A stretch of 64,000 nt of DNA from Octopus vulgaris (lineage: Eukaryota): assembly GCA_951406725.2 (NCBI GenBank), contig OX597821.1, forward strand, positions 40,114,001 through 40,178,000. The letters are read 5' to 3'. Under the pieces are notes generated by a model that did no database searches, had not been told where the DNA came from, and worked only from the letters and a program-made list of their open reading frames with translations. The translations under genes were made by a program, and so were the position numbers. Shown piece by piece: positions 1-13,883 of the stretch; position 1 is the stretch's first letter, and each line of letters begins with the position of its first letter.

Positions 1-999
1 AAATGGAACTAAAAACTATTTTAGAATTTAATCTGTCATTTTACTATTTCTGTCAACTCTTCACATTTTGCTGACGTGATAATATTATTGAATTTGATTG
101 ATCATCTCCTTCATTTCTCTCTGCATCCAGTGATTGATTACCACAAATGTAGCTTTTACGTCCTCCAAGATTGACTTTGACTTTCATCATTCTACGAGAA
201 ATTATATTTTTCCATACAAGCATAACAGGTTACCCATCAGTGCTTACTTCATTGGATGGGAGTCTGTTCAGTATATCACGACCATTTATTATGATGCTGT
301 GGCACATCTCCCCTATGAGTAATGGAATCATTTGGCCTCACGAGACAAATAGCTTACCTGTCATACAAAGTGAAACTATGGAAACCAATAGAATTAGTGG
401 AGATGAGGGTCAACATTTTGCAAATAATTAAACAAATCCTTCACAATATAAAATGAGTGTGCTGTGCAGAGCAGGAGGATTCTTGATGTTTTGAACAGGG
501 CTTGTCTTCCAGTGGAGGGTCTTGTTCATTCTTCATAACAAACTAACTCAGTTAACTTTATAATACAAACTGTTACTCCATTGTATCCTTTTCTCACTGT
601 TTACTGTGAGGCAGCATTTTCTATTCACTGTTGAATACTCCTTTTTTAAGGACACAGCAAACATAGAGTCAAGGACAAAATGCCAACAGTAAACCATTTA
701 TATTAATAAATCGATGATTTGTGAAATAATCTATTTTAATCTAAATCAAGTCCTTTCAGATATTAGAATAAAGAAGCATGTTCCAATTTTTTTTTACACC
801 TGAGTTTTGTTAGTAAACTTATTTCAGTTCTTGTTTTGTTAGTAAACTTCTTTGGTTGTTCTTTAGTGTCAACTTAACCCAATAAAAAGAGTAGCTAATC
901 CACAGCCATGACATTTTTAGGGGAGAAGCATGTAAAGAAGCTGAGCATTAAATAGCATTATACTTCATTGTTGTATTGTATAGTATCAAACAGTATCAG

Positions 1000-1205
1000 T
1001 TTCAAGTTCTGGCACAAGGCCAGCAATTTGAGGGAGGAGGTGGCAAGTTGATTATATCAGCCCCAGAGCTCAACTGGTACTTATTTCATCAACCCCAAGA
1101 TGATGAAAGGTAAAGTCAACTTTGGTGGATTTTGAACTCAGAATTTAAAGGCTGACTGAAAGACAAAATGCTGCCAAACATTTTGCCCGGCCTCTCAATT
1201 CTGCC
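1000..1205 (-). mobile_element. tRNA-derived SINE, family A (decayed)
   Basis: Contains caactggtacttatttcatcaacccc..gatgaaaggtaaagtcaactttggtggattttgaactcaga, the reverse complement of the family core seen intact at 17212-17441. Confidence 0.75.
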
Positions 1206-2981
1206 ATAATTCCACAGAGTAATAAATAGTATTATATAGCCTTCACTGTTTTTGAATAACATTTTCAAGTTGATTCAATACTTGGAAGACTTCCAAGATC
1301 CACGACATTATCACCATCATCATCTTCATCAACATCATCATTATCATCATCACCAGGACATTTAAAATTAAATAGATTATAAAAATCAAACTGATAAAGA
1401 GACAAAGATATAATTTTTATTAACTGCTAATCAATAGACTTACCATTCCTCTTCCCTGTTTCAATGCATTAAACTTGTCAAACAATAATTGAGTTTAATC
1501 ATTACATTCTCATAAATAAAACCAGCCAAACAAATCAGATTTCTCCTAATATTTTATAGAGCTTGTAACGATGACCATCCCTGTTAAATCAAAAATCAGG
1601 ATTTCTCCTTTAACCTTATGTCAGTAAGAACTATAAACTCTAAGTTTAAATTTATTTAACTTTTTCAACATCCAACCATAAAAACAAATTTATATTACAT
1701 TTAAATTGTAGATTAGGAGAAAGTATTTAACTTTGTGTATGTTTGTTGCTTGTGTAACACTGTTGTAATTTACAGAATTCACATGTTGTTACATTTAAAC
1801 CAGAATCAACTGAAAGTAGAATCTATAGAAAAAGAATCCAGTTATATATATTTGCTATATAATTGGCCAAGCCATCGTTCTCTTTAGTTAACTTTCAGAA
1901 TGCCTCAAACACATCGGCTAAACTCTCAATATCATGTCGGTAAAAATAACAGTAGTTTTGTATTCATTTTTGTTATTTCCACTCCTAGACTAGCAAATCT
2001 ATTCAAATTTGTCCTCAATCCGTCAAATATGCTGTTAGCTCCACAAAAGTTATTACAACTTCGTAAAATGGCCATGTTTTTAATTTATAACCTACCTGCT
2101 CTCACAGTTAATCCAGCACTGGTGTTACCTCTAATCTATCAGCTATTTATAGATCTCTAACAAGCAAATACAGTTTATTTTCCTGTGAATATCAAGACTC
2201 ATTCAAGTTGATAATTAGGTTTAGAAATTGATCTAATCATGCTACCATTTTATAAGCTGCAAACACCTAAAGCTATTTATGACACGTCTCTTTCACTATA
2301 TACTCCTGATTCAATTATTGAAATAAAATCAATAATTTCTTATAGTTAAACATTTTAATTAGTGATTTATGACATTATAAAATCACACATTTATATGTGA
2401 AACTCTTTCATGCTTTTATATTGTTTTTCAGTTGGGGTTTTCCTCTTCTTTTTATATTTATCACAATTTTGTGTAACACAATTTCATAAGAGGAAGAAAA
2501 TTCTTTTTTTTTTTTGTTTTTAATTTTCATATATAAATTAGCTCAACAAATTCAAGGAGGTTTGTAGGTTTGCTAATGAGAACTTAACAAATTGTAAAAT
2601 GGTAGTGAAGTTGAGAAAGTTGTTTCTAAAAACATTCTTAATTACTAAAGACTTGTTGACATAATGATTTAATTCAATCTCTTTCACTCAACTAAATCAT
2701 AAACAGCTACCTATTGTTTTTTTCATTCAAGTGATGAATTTTCCTCTCCTTCAAATAAAATAGTTGCAATATTTTCCTGTTTATATTTTCAAATTTTTAT
2801 AATTATTTAAGTTTACAGAACTATTTTTCTTTGTGAGAAATATTGAAAAACATGACAAGAACATATAGTAGCAAATATGGATTTCCACACAATGGAAATG
2901 GGACCCTTTCAATGGATAAGTCATATGATACTTCCATTTGTCATTGAAAAATACATACATACATATGAATGTGTGTGTGTA

Positions 2982-3040
<59 letters not shown>

Positions 3041-3864
3041 ATATACATATGTACATACATATATATGTATATACGTCACTATGTATGCACGTATGTGTAT
3101 ATATATACTCACAGAGATGTGTGTGTACACACACACACATCTATGACTGTTTACCCCAAATTTATAGCGATTTTTTTCTCAGCCATTATGATCATGTGAT
3201 CTCACCCCTAGTTACTAAAAGGCAACAAAACATCATAAACCATGATTTTTACTGGAAAATATATGCAAAAGAACAACAAAAAAAAACAAAGATATTAATA
3301 ATTTTTTTTTTTACTTTTCCTATCACTCGTATTCCTCTTGCTGAATCATTTTTTTTTTTCCACCATGTTTTGAAACTACTGAAATAAAATGCATATTTAC
3401 CAATATGGCAATTGAAACTTCTTGTTTGCTAAAAAGAAAAAAAAAGAGGAAAAGAAAGGAATCAATATCACATAATACCTTTTCAGTACCTGTATTGATA
3501 TCAACATTTTTAATAGAAAATGAAATTGCCAGTACTTGTCTGTTTCCATACCAACAGCAGCAGTGGCAGCAGTAGCAGCAGCAGTAGATACTATTGGAAA
3601 TGAAACATATAAAGGCAGTCAGATAAAAGAGATCTAAGATTAGTGTAGAAATTTTTTGCAGTCCCACATAGTGTCATTTTATGGCATCGTACGAGGAATA
3701 TAACTAGAAATGAATACGTCTTAAGAGTCACATGACTGGAAATGTGCTTCAGAAGAATATAGAAGAGATAATAATAATATCAGAAATGACTTTAAGTAAT
3801 TCTTGGAATCAAACTGATTTCTTTTTTTCTTTTACTGTTTTCAATGTGGCATGTTTACATTCCC

Positions 3865-4015
3865 CATAACTTAGCAGTTTGGCAAAAAAAGACTGATAGA
3901 ACAAGTACCAGGTTTCATAAATAAGTACCTGGGTCGATTTGATCAACTAAAATTCTTCAAGACAGTATCTCAACATGGCCACAATCTAAAGACTGAATAA
4001 ATGAACATAAAAGAA
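3865..4015 (+). mobile_element. SINE family B, 3' half
   Basis: taacttagcagtttggcaaaa..gactgatagaacaagtacc..gggtcgattt..catggccacaatc matches the 3' half of 61771-62195. Confidence 0.7.
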
Positions 4016-4339
4016 AAAGATAATGTTTGGTTTTTTATAAACACATTTAATATTAAACTGAGCATGACTTACTCAACCTTGTATCTCTGAAGAGCAAGTG
4101 GTGTCAGTTAATTGCATTCGTTTCTAATGTCTGGTTATCTAATACCCAGTGAAACTGTCTGATAAGATTGGCTGAAATGGATCTATTGTACTGTATACTT
4201 TGATTGATATATCTATTCTGACAAATATATGAGTGCTTATTTTTTCTGATGGATCCTTAGATGACTTCCCCCCCTCTCTCTCTCTTTCTCTCTCCCTATG
4301 TGTGTGTGTGTGTGTGTGTTTGTGTGTGCATACATACAT

Positions 4340-4495
4340 AGTTCAAATTTGTAGAAAAACAAAGACGAAAACAGGAGTATGAACAACAAGCAAGTGTATT
4401 AGTTTGGCGCTTGGGAAAAATGGAAAAGTCTTTTATGTTTCAAGCCTATGCTTTTCGATAGAAAGGAATAAGAGAAAATAAACAGAGAGAATGAA
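4340..4495 (-). mobile_element. Short non-coding repeat (putative Penelope-like pLTR fragment) with degenerate hammerhead-like motif
   Basis: Reverse complement aligns with 56265-56420 and 63210-63355; flanked by (TACA)n. Confidence 0.55.
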
Positions 4496-4523
4496 AGGAA
4501 ACATGCTGAGTTCAGTGATTCAG

Positions 4524-5287
4524 CATACATACATACATACATAATACATACATACATACATACATACATACATAATATATACATACATACATAAATACAT
4601 ACATACATACATAATACATACATACATACATACATACATACATACATACATACATACATACATACATACATACATACATAATACATACATACATAATACA
4701 TACATGCATGCATACATACATACATACATACATACATACATACATACATAATATACACATACATACATACATAAATACATACATACATACATACATAATA
4801 TACACATACATACATACATAAATACATACATACATACATACATACATACATACATAAATACATACATACATACATACATACATACATAATATACATACAT
4901 ACATACATACATACATACATACATACATACATACATACATACATACATACATACATACATACATACATACATACATACATACATGCATGCATACATACAT
5001 ACATACATACATACATACATACATACGTACATACATACATACATACATGCATGCATACATACATAATATATACATACATACATAAATACATACATATACA
5101 CATGCATACATACATAAATACATACATACATATATACATACATAATACATACATACATACATACATACATAATATATACATACATACATACATAAATACA
5201 TACATACATACATACATACATAATATACACATACATACATACATACATACATAAATACATAAATACATACATACATACATACATACA

Positions 5288-5321
<34 letters not shown>

Positions 5322-5350
5322 CATACTCACATACATACATACACACACAT
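4524..5350. repeat. ~830 bp (TACA)n tetranucleotide array with recurring variant units
   Basis: Direct reading; source of the MYVC-repeat ORFs at 4399-5420. Confidence 0.97.
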
Positions 5351-5431
5351 ACATATAAAACATTTTAAAATGCTTCTGATCAAGGCTGAGTTTGGTCAGA
5401 AGAATTGAAAAAACTTTCAAAAATACATTTT

Positions 5432-5582
5432 GTTAAGTATGGTAAGAAGCTTGCTTCCCAACCACATGGGTTTGGGTTCAGTCCCACTGCATGGTATCTT
5501 GGGCAAGTGTCTTCTACGACAGCCTCAGGCTCACCAAAGCCTTGTGTGTGGATTTGGTAGATGGAAACTGAAAGAAGTCCAT

Positions 5583-5617
<35 letters not shown>

Positions 5618-5828
5618 ATGTATGTATTTATGTGTGTGTGTTTGTCCCCCCCCCTCCATTGTTTGACAACTGATGTTGGTGTTTACATCCCAGCAACTTA
5701 GCGATTAGGCAAAAGAGACTGATAGAATAAGTACTGGGCTTACAAAAAATAAGTCCTGGGGTCGATTTGTTCAACTAAAGGCAGTGCTCCAGTATGGCTG
5801 CAGTCAAATGACTGAAACAAGCAAAACA
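5432..5828 (+). mobile_element. SINE family B (tRNA head, internal TA/TG microsatellite)
   Basis: ggtaagaagcttgcttcccaaccacatggg..ggttcagtcccactgc (B-box-like) ..gaaagaagtcc (TA)n ..gactgaaacaag; colinear with 61771-62195. Confidence 0.9.
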
Positions 5829-6167
5829 ATATATATGTAATATATATACGTATGTATAAAGCATTGCACCTCCCCCCCACACACACACAGAGTCTCTTTT
5901 AGAGTTACCCTCCTGGTTATGACATTATCTTAGCAAGCCTGTAGTAATTAGAGAACAAAAAGAGAGGCTAAATTCATTGAAATTATATCCTACCTCTTTG
6001 TGAAGAAGAAGGACATTTTCTATTATGTAGTGATACCTGTGCAAAATGTCATGGTAGAATCTTGGAATAAACACAGAATCCCCATAATGTATTTATATCC
6101 ATGGAATTACTTTGGATTACCGTTTGGAGCATTAAAGATTATGACTAGAATAAGTTTTTATGATTTC

Positions 6168-6421
6168 AGTGGCATGTAAAAGGCACCATCCAAACGTGGT
6201 CGATGCCAGTGTCACCTGACTGGCTTCCATGCCGGTGGCACACAAAATGCACCCGCTATATTCACAGAGTGGTTACCGTTAGGAAGGGCATCCAGCTGTA
6301 GAAACCTTGCCAGATAAGATTGGAGCCTAGTGCAGTCTATTGGCTTGCCAGTCCCTAGTCAAACCCGTCCGACCCATGCCAGCATGGAAAGCAGACGTTA
6401 AACGGTAACGATGATGATGAT
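6168..6421 (+). mobile_element. Family C repeat (RTE-type 3' end with (GAT)n tail)
   Basis: ggaagggcatccagctgtagaaacc..cccatgccagcatggaaagcagacgttaaac..gatgatgatga. Confidence 0.85.
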
Positions 6422-7836
6422 TTACTTCTGCTCCCCCACGCCCAGTCTTCTCTGCGAAATGGTATAATTTTTCTATTTTGGATACTTTTAAAAATACTTT
6501 CTGACTTACAAGCTTCAAACTAGGAGATTACATGGGAGCATGTGTATAAACTACCATTCACACACCATATATACATACATGCATATGCACATATGCACAT
6601 ACAAACATGCATATACATTCATAACATACAAAGACGTATACTGATTCATACATTTGTATATCTATGAAAACATACATAAATGCAGTATACATAAAAACAC
6701 ACACACACAGGCACATACATACATATATATATGTGTATATATATATATATATGCACATGCTTGTGTGTGTGTTTACAAAATAACACATGTATTCACAACT
6801 TTATAACCTTTGGGTATGCGATTATAAAATTTTACATCATAAGGAAATTAACGTCTCTCTCTCTCTCTCTCTTTCAATGTCTTTCTAACCCCAACCCATC
6901 ACATATGTGCATGTGTGTATTTGGGAGTCAGGTACATACATATATATATATATATATATAATGTGTATGTGTGTGTGCATTACATATATATATTGTATAT
7001 ATCATATATTTAGCCCACAAACAAACTGTAAAGCCAGAAATGCATATATATACACATATATATACATATATATACACATATATATATATACATATATATA
7101 TATATACATATACTAGCATATATTGGTATGTATGTATGATTTTGTATATGTATATATCATATACACATCTATATTAGTATGTGTCTGATAACTAAAAGCA
7201 ATTGAATTTGATCATATGGGATATTTTTTTTGTCTTTTTAACTAAATATTCTGTGAAACAGTGACATAAATTAGATACTCTTGCAGAATAGATGCCATGC
7301 ATTCCGTTAAAAGGAAACTCATGAAATCAAAGTTCCAAAATAGGAATTTCTGTAGGGAGAATTTCCGTAACTTAAACATAAATTTTCATATTCTTCCTTA
7401 CTTTGTCTCTGGTGTCCTTTCTTTTACAATAAATATAAATTATATCTTTTCGGAGAGACAGAAATACTTTCTGCAATGGTCTCTTACTAAATAAATGATT
7501 CTGTTTTATGGATTTTCTTGTCCACTGCATAGTCATTGTTGCCACTGGTATTCATGTGTATATATAAATATATGTGTGTGTGTGTACTTATACAGACCTA
7601 GTAGTATTGTTGAGGTTGGTATTTGATATTACTATTGATGTTGGCGATAATGTTATCAATGGCATTCATAATTGTAAAAGTGAAATACTCCAACCTACGA
7701 TAAAATGCATTTGTTCTATTCCAGCCTGAATAATACTAAGTCGGTGAATAAATGAACTTCCTCTCTTTGATAACTAAAATCATCATCATCATCATCATCA
7801 TCATATATAATAATAATGATGACAATAGTAACAATG

Positions 7837-8031
7837 CTTTCACATTTTAAAACAAGGCCAGCAGGTTTGGGGGGGGGGGCTAAGTCACTTACATCGACCC
7901 CAGAATGCAACTGGTACTTATTTTATCAACTCCAAAAGGATGACAGGCAAAGTCAACCTTGGCAGAATTTGAACTCAGAACGTAAGGATGAATGAAATGC
8001 TTAGCAGCATTTTGTTCAGCATCCTAACAAT
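7837..8031 (-). mobile_element. SINE family A
   Basis: atcgaccccag..caactggtacttattttatc..aaggatgacaggcaaagtcaaccttggcagaatttgaactcagaacg. Confidence 0.85.
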
Positions 8032-8442
8032 TCACGGTTCTGTTGGAAGGTAGGTGTCTAGAGGGGGTGCGGGACAAAAGTACATGCCCTTTCCCTCCAT
8101 TGGTCAGTCGAAGCCTAGATTGTGTTACGTGGCAGTTAGCTGGCACTGGCTGTTGGAAGGGAATTTGCCAGGGTGGCCATTTGCTTGCTGACATTCATTT
8201 ATGCTGCTTCAAAGAAACCAAAGAATAAAAAGCCAAAGAAAAAAGAACAAAAATGCAATCAACACCAGAGCTGAAGGCATTTTCAAAATTATGTGGGGTA
8301 GGCCATCACATCCAAAACAGTAGAGAAGTAGGGGCCAAAACTGGATGTGGTTCCTCTTGATGGTGTCCTTAGCCACTGGGTCCTATAAAGGAGCTGTTGA
8401 GGTGATTGGAATTCCTCCTATCAGCTAACCACCTTCTTTCTG

Positions 8443-8448
8443 ATGATG

Positions 8449-8508
<60 letters not shown>

Positions 8509-8638
8509 TGCCTGGTGTACCCTTATCAGACGGGTAGTCATGATGGGTATGTTGGGCTTCATATATTTTACCCCAGTGTCACTTTGATGGCAAGCACTGC
8601 TCTCTTACTCAGTAATAATAATAATAATAATAATATTG

Positions 8639-8694
<56 letters not shown>

Positions 8695-8725
8695 TATTAT
8701 TATTATTATAATCATCATCATTATC

Positions 8726-8793
<68 letters not shown>
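8443..8793. repeat. (AAT)n / (TAT)n microsatellite block interrupted by a 100-bp repeat
   Basis: Direct reading. Confidence 0.95.
8508..8611 (+). mobile_element. 3'-terminal fragment of a (TAA)n-tailed retroelement
   Basis: Closely matches the reverse complement of 48543-48628; both copies end in a TAA/TAC triplet tail. Confidence 0.7.
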
Positions 8794-8795
<2 letters not shown>

Positions 8796-9779
8796 TGTCT
8801 TTGCATAGCTTCTAATGCTGGAGCTGTACTACAGTGTCAGCTGTTCACTACCAGTGAACTAAGGTAACACTTCTTATTTTTCGAGCACCTTCCAGAGTAT
8901 TCGAGCTGTTCCAAGCAGTGTTGTTTTCTGCAAGTGCTCCACCCTTATTGCAGCCCCTATTTGTTCCATGTACTTTTGCTCATTGTTTCCAGGGCTCCAA
9001 CAATTATTGGTACTACTGCGGCCTTTTTCATCAACCACAACTGCTTAACTTCCCAAGCTAACCTGTCATATCTCTCGACTTTTCTTTCTTCCTTATTGCA
9101 TACCTTGTTGTCAGCTGGGCATGCTATATCTATGATCCAACATAGTTTGTTTTCTTTCTCAATTAAGACTATGTCTGGCTTCCTATTCTCTATCTCATGG
9201 TCGCACTGAATCGTAAAATCCCATAGGATCATTGCATTTTTGTTTTCAATGATGCCTTCAGGTTTGTGGTTGTAACAATTTTTTACTCTGTCAAGTCCAT
9301 ACTTGTTGCAAAAGTGTCCAATGGACAAGCCTGGCTATATTGTCATGGCATCTCTTATATTCCTTTTGGGCCAGTGGCATACATTGGCTGGTAATATGCC
9401 ATACGGTTTCACCATTTTGTTCACAGATTCTGCACTTATCACTTTCTGATGTGTTGTCTATTCTGTATTTTATGTAGTTTGTTGCACTTGGGCAGCACAG
9501 ATTAGAGCCGGTTTTAAATCACTTTTAGTCATCCACTGCCATTTTTTTCTCTGTCTGTCTTATCTTCACCATCCCTATGAAATCGACCATGCAATATGTT
9601 CTTTACCCACCCATTTTCCGTTTCATTCGTTTTCAATTTCTTGTATAGTGCTTTATCTTTGCAATCTTTCATCCTACACAAGTCTGACCTTCCTACTTCT
9701 AATAATAGTGGTTCTGTGGCATTTTTTACATACCATGCTATGTTGTTTTCTTCTGCTCTAATGCTATGTTTGCATCTGA
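8794..9779 (-). pseudogene. 5'-truncated R4/Dong-type non-LTR retrotransposon (CCHC knuckle plus restriction-like endonuclease), frameshifted
   Basis: Minus-strand translation gives CRICEQNGETVWHITSQC, ILWDFTIQCDHEIENRKPDIVLIEKENKLCWIIDIACP, KVERYDRLAWEVK, VVPIIVGAL and LQKTTLLGTARILWKVLEK*; flanked by TAA repeats. Confidence 0.9.
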
Positions 9780-9792
9780 TAATTATTATCTT

Positions 9793-9893
<101 letters not shown>

Positions 9894-10370
9894 GTTTGAA
9901 AACAGAGAGATCTAATGAATGCAAATTAATTTATTAATTAATTAACATATTCAACTGCAATACTCAGATGATATATTCTGAGTGTTTCAATGGATCATAA
10001 TATAATCCTTGGATCGTCCTTTGTACACCCTAATGATTTTCCATCCAAGGTATTTTAAAATGCAAGAATATATATATTTATATATGTTTTGTAGTTTTAA
10101 TTTTGGTTGAGAAATGAAACAATTATAGGTGAATATGTTAATCAATTAAAATATTAATTTGTAGCCATTAGATCTCTCCGTTTTCAAACTTAATAATAAT
10201 ATTTGATATTTTAGAATATTTCATATAATATATTCATTGAAGAAATATCTCTTCAAAACTTAATATGTTAAACCAGTGTACCTTGGATAAAAATATCCAT
10301 ATAAGAGATCTAAATATTCTCATTGTAACTATATAAATATATATATATATATACATACACACACACACTC

Positions 10371-10465
<95 letters not shown>

Positions 10466-10469
<4 letters not shown>

Positions 10470-10993
10470 AAATTAAGAGGAATGACCACCAAAGTGGACA
10501 CCTAATATGCTAAACATAGACGTCAAATCACCATTACCATGAAGAATGTGTTCTTAAGGAAAATCTCAGCAAAACGCCAAAATGTAAAAATGAGCAAGAC
10601 AGATGAAAACATATGAAATAAAAACAATTGCCTACGTACCAATGGTTTCACTTGTTAATATCTACGTATCCAAACACGCAGATATCTGCAAGATCGTCAG
10701 TGTAGTCTGTCGCTTACAAAACACAATTTCCAGAACTAGATACAGAATGCTCAGAAATTATCATTTGTCTTCCTCGTTTTTACATTTTGGCGTTTTGCTG
10801 AGATTTTTCTTGAGAACACATTCTTCATGGTATTAGCGATTTGACGTCTATATTTAGCATATTAGGTATCCACGTTAGTGGTCATTCCTCTTAATTTTGT
10901 ATGTAACACAATTTTTAATCTTTGGATTTTTTAAAAATATGCCACACCACTTGTTTTAATTGATAGATATTAATTCCTACCCTTATTCTTTAG

Positions 10994-10995
<2 letters not shown>
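10466..10995. mobile_element. Fold-back non-coding element: 141-bp inverted arms (10466-10606 / 10761-10901) around a hammerhead-bearing loop; putative Penelope-like pLTR derivative
   Basis: Arms are imperfect reverse complements (tacaaaattaagaggaatgaccac.. / ..gtggtcattcctcttaattttgta); flanked by (TA)n on both sides. Confidence 0.75.
10632..10705 (-). ncRNA. Type I hammerhead ribozyme motif
   Basis: Minus strand reads CUACA-CUGACGA-[UCUUG..long hairpin..CAAGU]-GAAA-CCAUUG-GUA-CGUAG; intact CUGANGA/GAAA core and GUA triplet. Confidence 0.75.
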
Positions 10996-11044
<49 letters not shown>

Positions 11045-12169
11045 CTTTATAATATGTTTGTGTGTGTTTTGCTAAAATGTGAATCCAGCAAAAAGCAAAT
11101 TGTTTTATTTGTGAATTAACTGGGAACTGCAGAAGCCTGCTTGCATTGCTTATTATAAACCTGCACTTAGAGGGAAGTGTATTGATACAAAATATATAAA
11201 CTGAAATGGGCAATAACAGTTTTGTGGCGATGGTGGTGGTCATGATGATGATGATGATGAGGAGGAGGAGGAGGAGGAGGAGGAGGAGGAATGAATAGAT
11301 AGAAGAAGTAGAATACAATATTGAAAAAAGACAGAAAATATCTATTACAAGTTCAAACAGTAAAGTAAAACAAAAGATAATTTGATAGATAGACTGATAG
11401 ATAGATGGATAGAAGACGATTATGACAGGTTGGTGGTGGTGGTGGTGGTAGGGGATTATGAAATAAGAGTGAAGATAAAAGGGAAATAAATTGATGAGGG
11501 TTTCCCAGAAGGACAACAGCCCATAAGTACGGTAGGTAAGTGCAGCCAAAAATTAAATGATATGAAAAGGAGTTGGGAGATTGCACAAACAGAGACACAC
11601 AGGAATATATGTGTGCAACACACACACACACTGACTAGCACACATACACACACAAACTCACTTATATAAGTAAATATATGAGCTTATATATATATACACA
11701 CATACACATCTATATATACACATACGTTTTATACATATATATACATACCCACACACACATAAATACTCTCGCTTATATAAGAAAATGTATGTGCTTATAT
11801 ATATATAGAAATACACACATACACATCTATATATACACATACATTTTATACATATATGTACATACACACACATATATATACATATATACACATATATGTA
11901 TTTGTGTGTGCCTCTGTGTGTGTACTTGCATATTATAATGTATTCTTGGGAACTAGTTGAGTTAATAAATTAGAGCGACCTTTCCACCATTTTGTTGCAT
12001 TACAATGTGATACTACACATACTCATACACACAGTGTGTGTCTTTAATATGTTTGTAATATGACAGTTGCCAACACTTTATCCCTGTATATCAATACAAT
12101 ATCATCATAAAAAGAAACGGAGCCAGGAATCATTGGTTCAATACTGTATTGGTATTTTATTTGTGACTT

Positions 12170-12671
12170 GGTCAGCCTGTAATGACATGCATAAGATCTG
12201 GTCATCAAATCTAAGTAGAGACTTCAAACTTGAAATCTTCAAAGCCACAGTTGAACCAATTCTACTATATGGCTCAGAAACCTGGACGTTATCAAAGAGG
12301 CTTGAGAGGTGGTTGGATGGAACCTACACTCGCCTCCTTATGAGAGCTCAAAATCTCTTGTGGAAGCGCCATCCAACCAAAATGCATATATATGGGAAAC
12401 TACCAACTGTGTCATCTCTTGTGAAAGGTAGGAGAGTCCAGTTTGCTGGACATTGTTGTAGAGCTGAAAAAGAGGTAATTTCTTCTCTCCTCCTCTGGAA
12501 GCCATCTACTCGCAATGCGAGAGGGCACACACTCTCCTACCCTGATGTAATCTCCAGTGATACAGGCATCCAGCAACAGGACCTCTGTAATGCCATGATG
12601 GACCGTGAAGTCTGGCGTAGCATGGTAAATTCCATTGTCTCGACCACGGTCGAACAATGATGATGATGATG
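12170..12671 (+). pseudogene. 5'-truncated RTE-type LINE 3' end with (TGA)n tail and 11-bp target-site duplication
   Basis: Open frame KIWSSNLSRDFKLEIFKATVEPILLYGSETWTL..RRVQFAGHC..MMDREVWR; TSD atttgtgactt at 12159-12169 and 12672-12682. Confidence 0.92.
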
Positions 12672-13034
12672 ATTTGTGACTTTTCAATGTTCATACAGAC
12701 ATTGCTTATCTAATCACTATTACAAAGGACTTATGAAAATTTAGGTTGACTGATTTGCATATTACAAAACACATTTTCGAATTTAATTTGATAAATTATT
12801 GGCGTCAATAAAAGCTATTACTCAATAGCAAAGTCAAACCTTGCTGTTAAATCAGTGATCTGCAGGTTTTACCGATGTCAATTCACTGATGTGATCAAGT
12901 AGTGAGTGAAATGTTGAATGATGGCATTGCCAAAGTAATCATTTATGGTCAGCTTGCTACAGTGGATGGTCTTTTGGGGCACTATCAAAGCAATATTAAG
13001 TGTCCCTTGGGTGAAATCTGAAGATGCGTCGTGG

Positions 13035-13315
13035 TCATCATCGTCATCATCATCATCCTCATTTAATGTCTGCTTTCCATGTGGACATGGGTTAGAAAGT
13101 TTGACAGGAACTGGCAAGCCAGGGAACTGCATCAGGTTCCGGTCTGATTTGCTTTGGTTTCTACAGCTGGATACCATTTCTAATGCTAATCACTTCATGG
13201 AGTGTGGTTGGTGCTTTTATGTGTCACCAGCACAGAAGCTGTTGAGTGTCACTGGCACCAGCCACAATTACGGCATGGAAAACGGACTTTAGATGATGGT
13301 GATGGTGATGATGAT
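13035..13315 (-). mobile_element. Family C repeat on minus strand, followed by a short plus-strand tail piece
   Basis: (cat)n..tttaatgtctgctttccatg..tttctacagctggatacc, then ggcatggaaaacggac..gatgatggtgat. Confidence 0.75.
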
Positions 13316-13620
13316 CTATAAATATATGTGTGTATGTATGATTGCATTAATTTATCAGCAGTAATTAAGCATGAATCTGTATTTCTATTTCTGAAAAAGT
13401 CATTTGTGAGAAATAAATGGAAAAATCTCCCTCCTACATCAAGCCACATATTAAGAAGACAATCATAATTAAGACAGAAATCTGAGAATTAAATAACAAA
13501 ATCAATTAAAGGTTTTTAAAATTTTCTATAAAATTTTTTCGTAATTTCATGCAGTTGTTGAAATGCTAAATCTAACAACAAAATTTTATTGTTTTTTATG
13601 TTTTGGTGCTCAACAATTGT

Positions 13621-13851
13621 TTAACTCATTAGAATTTAAATCAACCATATCCAGTCCAAATATTTTTCTAGTTTTATTTTCAAACCAGCTAGATTTGGCT
13701 TCTCACACCTACCCAACCATGTCATTCTAAAAATAAACATTCCCATTGTCAAAATCTCTTGGCTACAACATATAACATAATTAATTCAAAACAATTTGAA
13801 TTATTATTATGCATTACATTTGCTAGAGTAAACTGAATGCTAATGCCTTAA
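13621..13851. mobile_element. TTAA-flanked piggyBac-like MITE (decayed)
   Basis: Reverse-orientation copy of 24767-24997; ttaa at both ends. Confidence 0.65.
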
Positions 13852-13883
13852 AATGACTTCAATAAATTCCCTGACAGACATAC

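Noticed and set aside
134-431. Two short non-repetitive-looking ORFs
   Set aside because: No recognisable domain; part of the region resembles a decayed SINE A core (gattgactttgactttcatcattct).
2781-3387. YI/CV/HT-rich ORFs here and at many other TA/CA tracts
   Set aside because: Dinucleotide microsatellite artefacts.
4399-5420. Long ORFs of 262-315 aa (MYVC repeats)
   Set aside because: Translation of the stop-free (TACA)n array; no protein signal.
12067-12169. N-terminal part of the 197-aa ORF
   Set aside because: Lies upstream of the TSD; it is flanking DNA read in frame by chance, not part of the LINE or a host gene.
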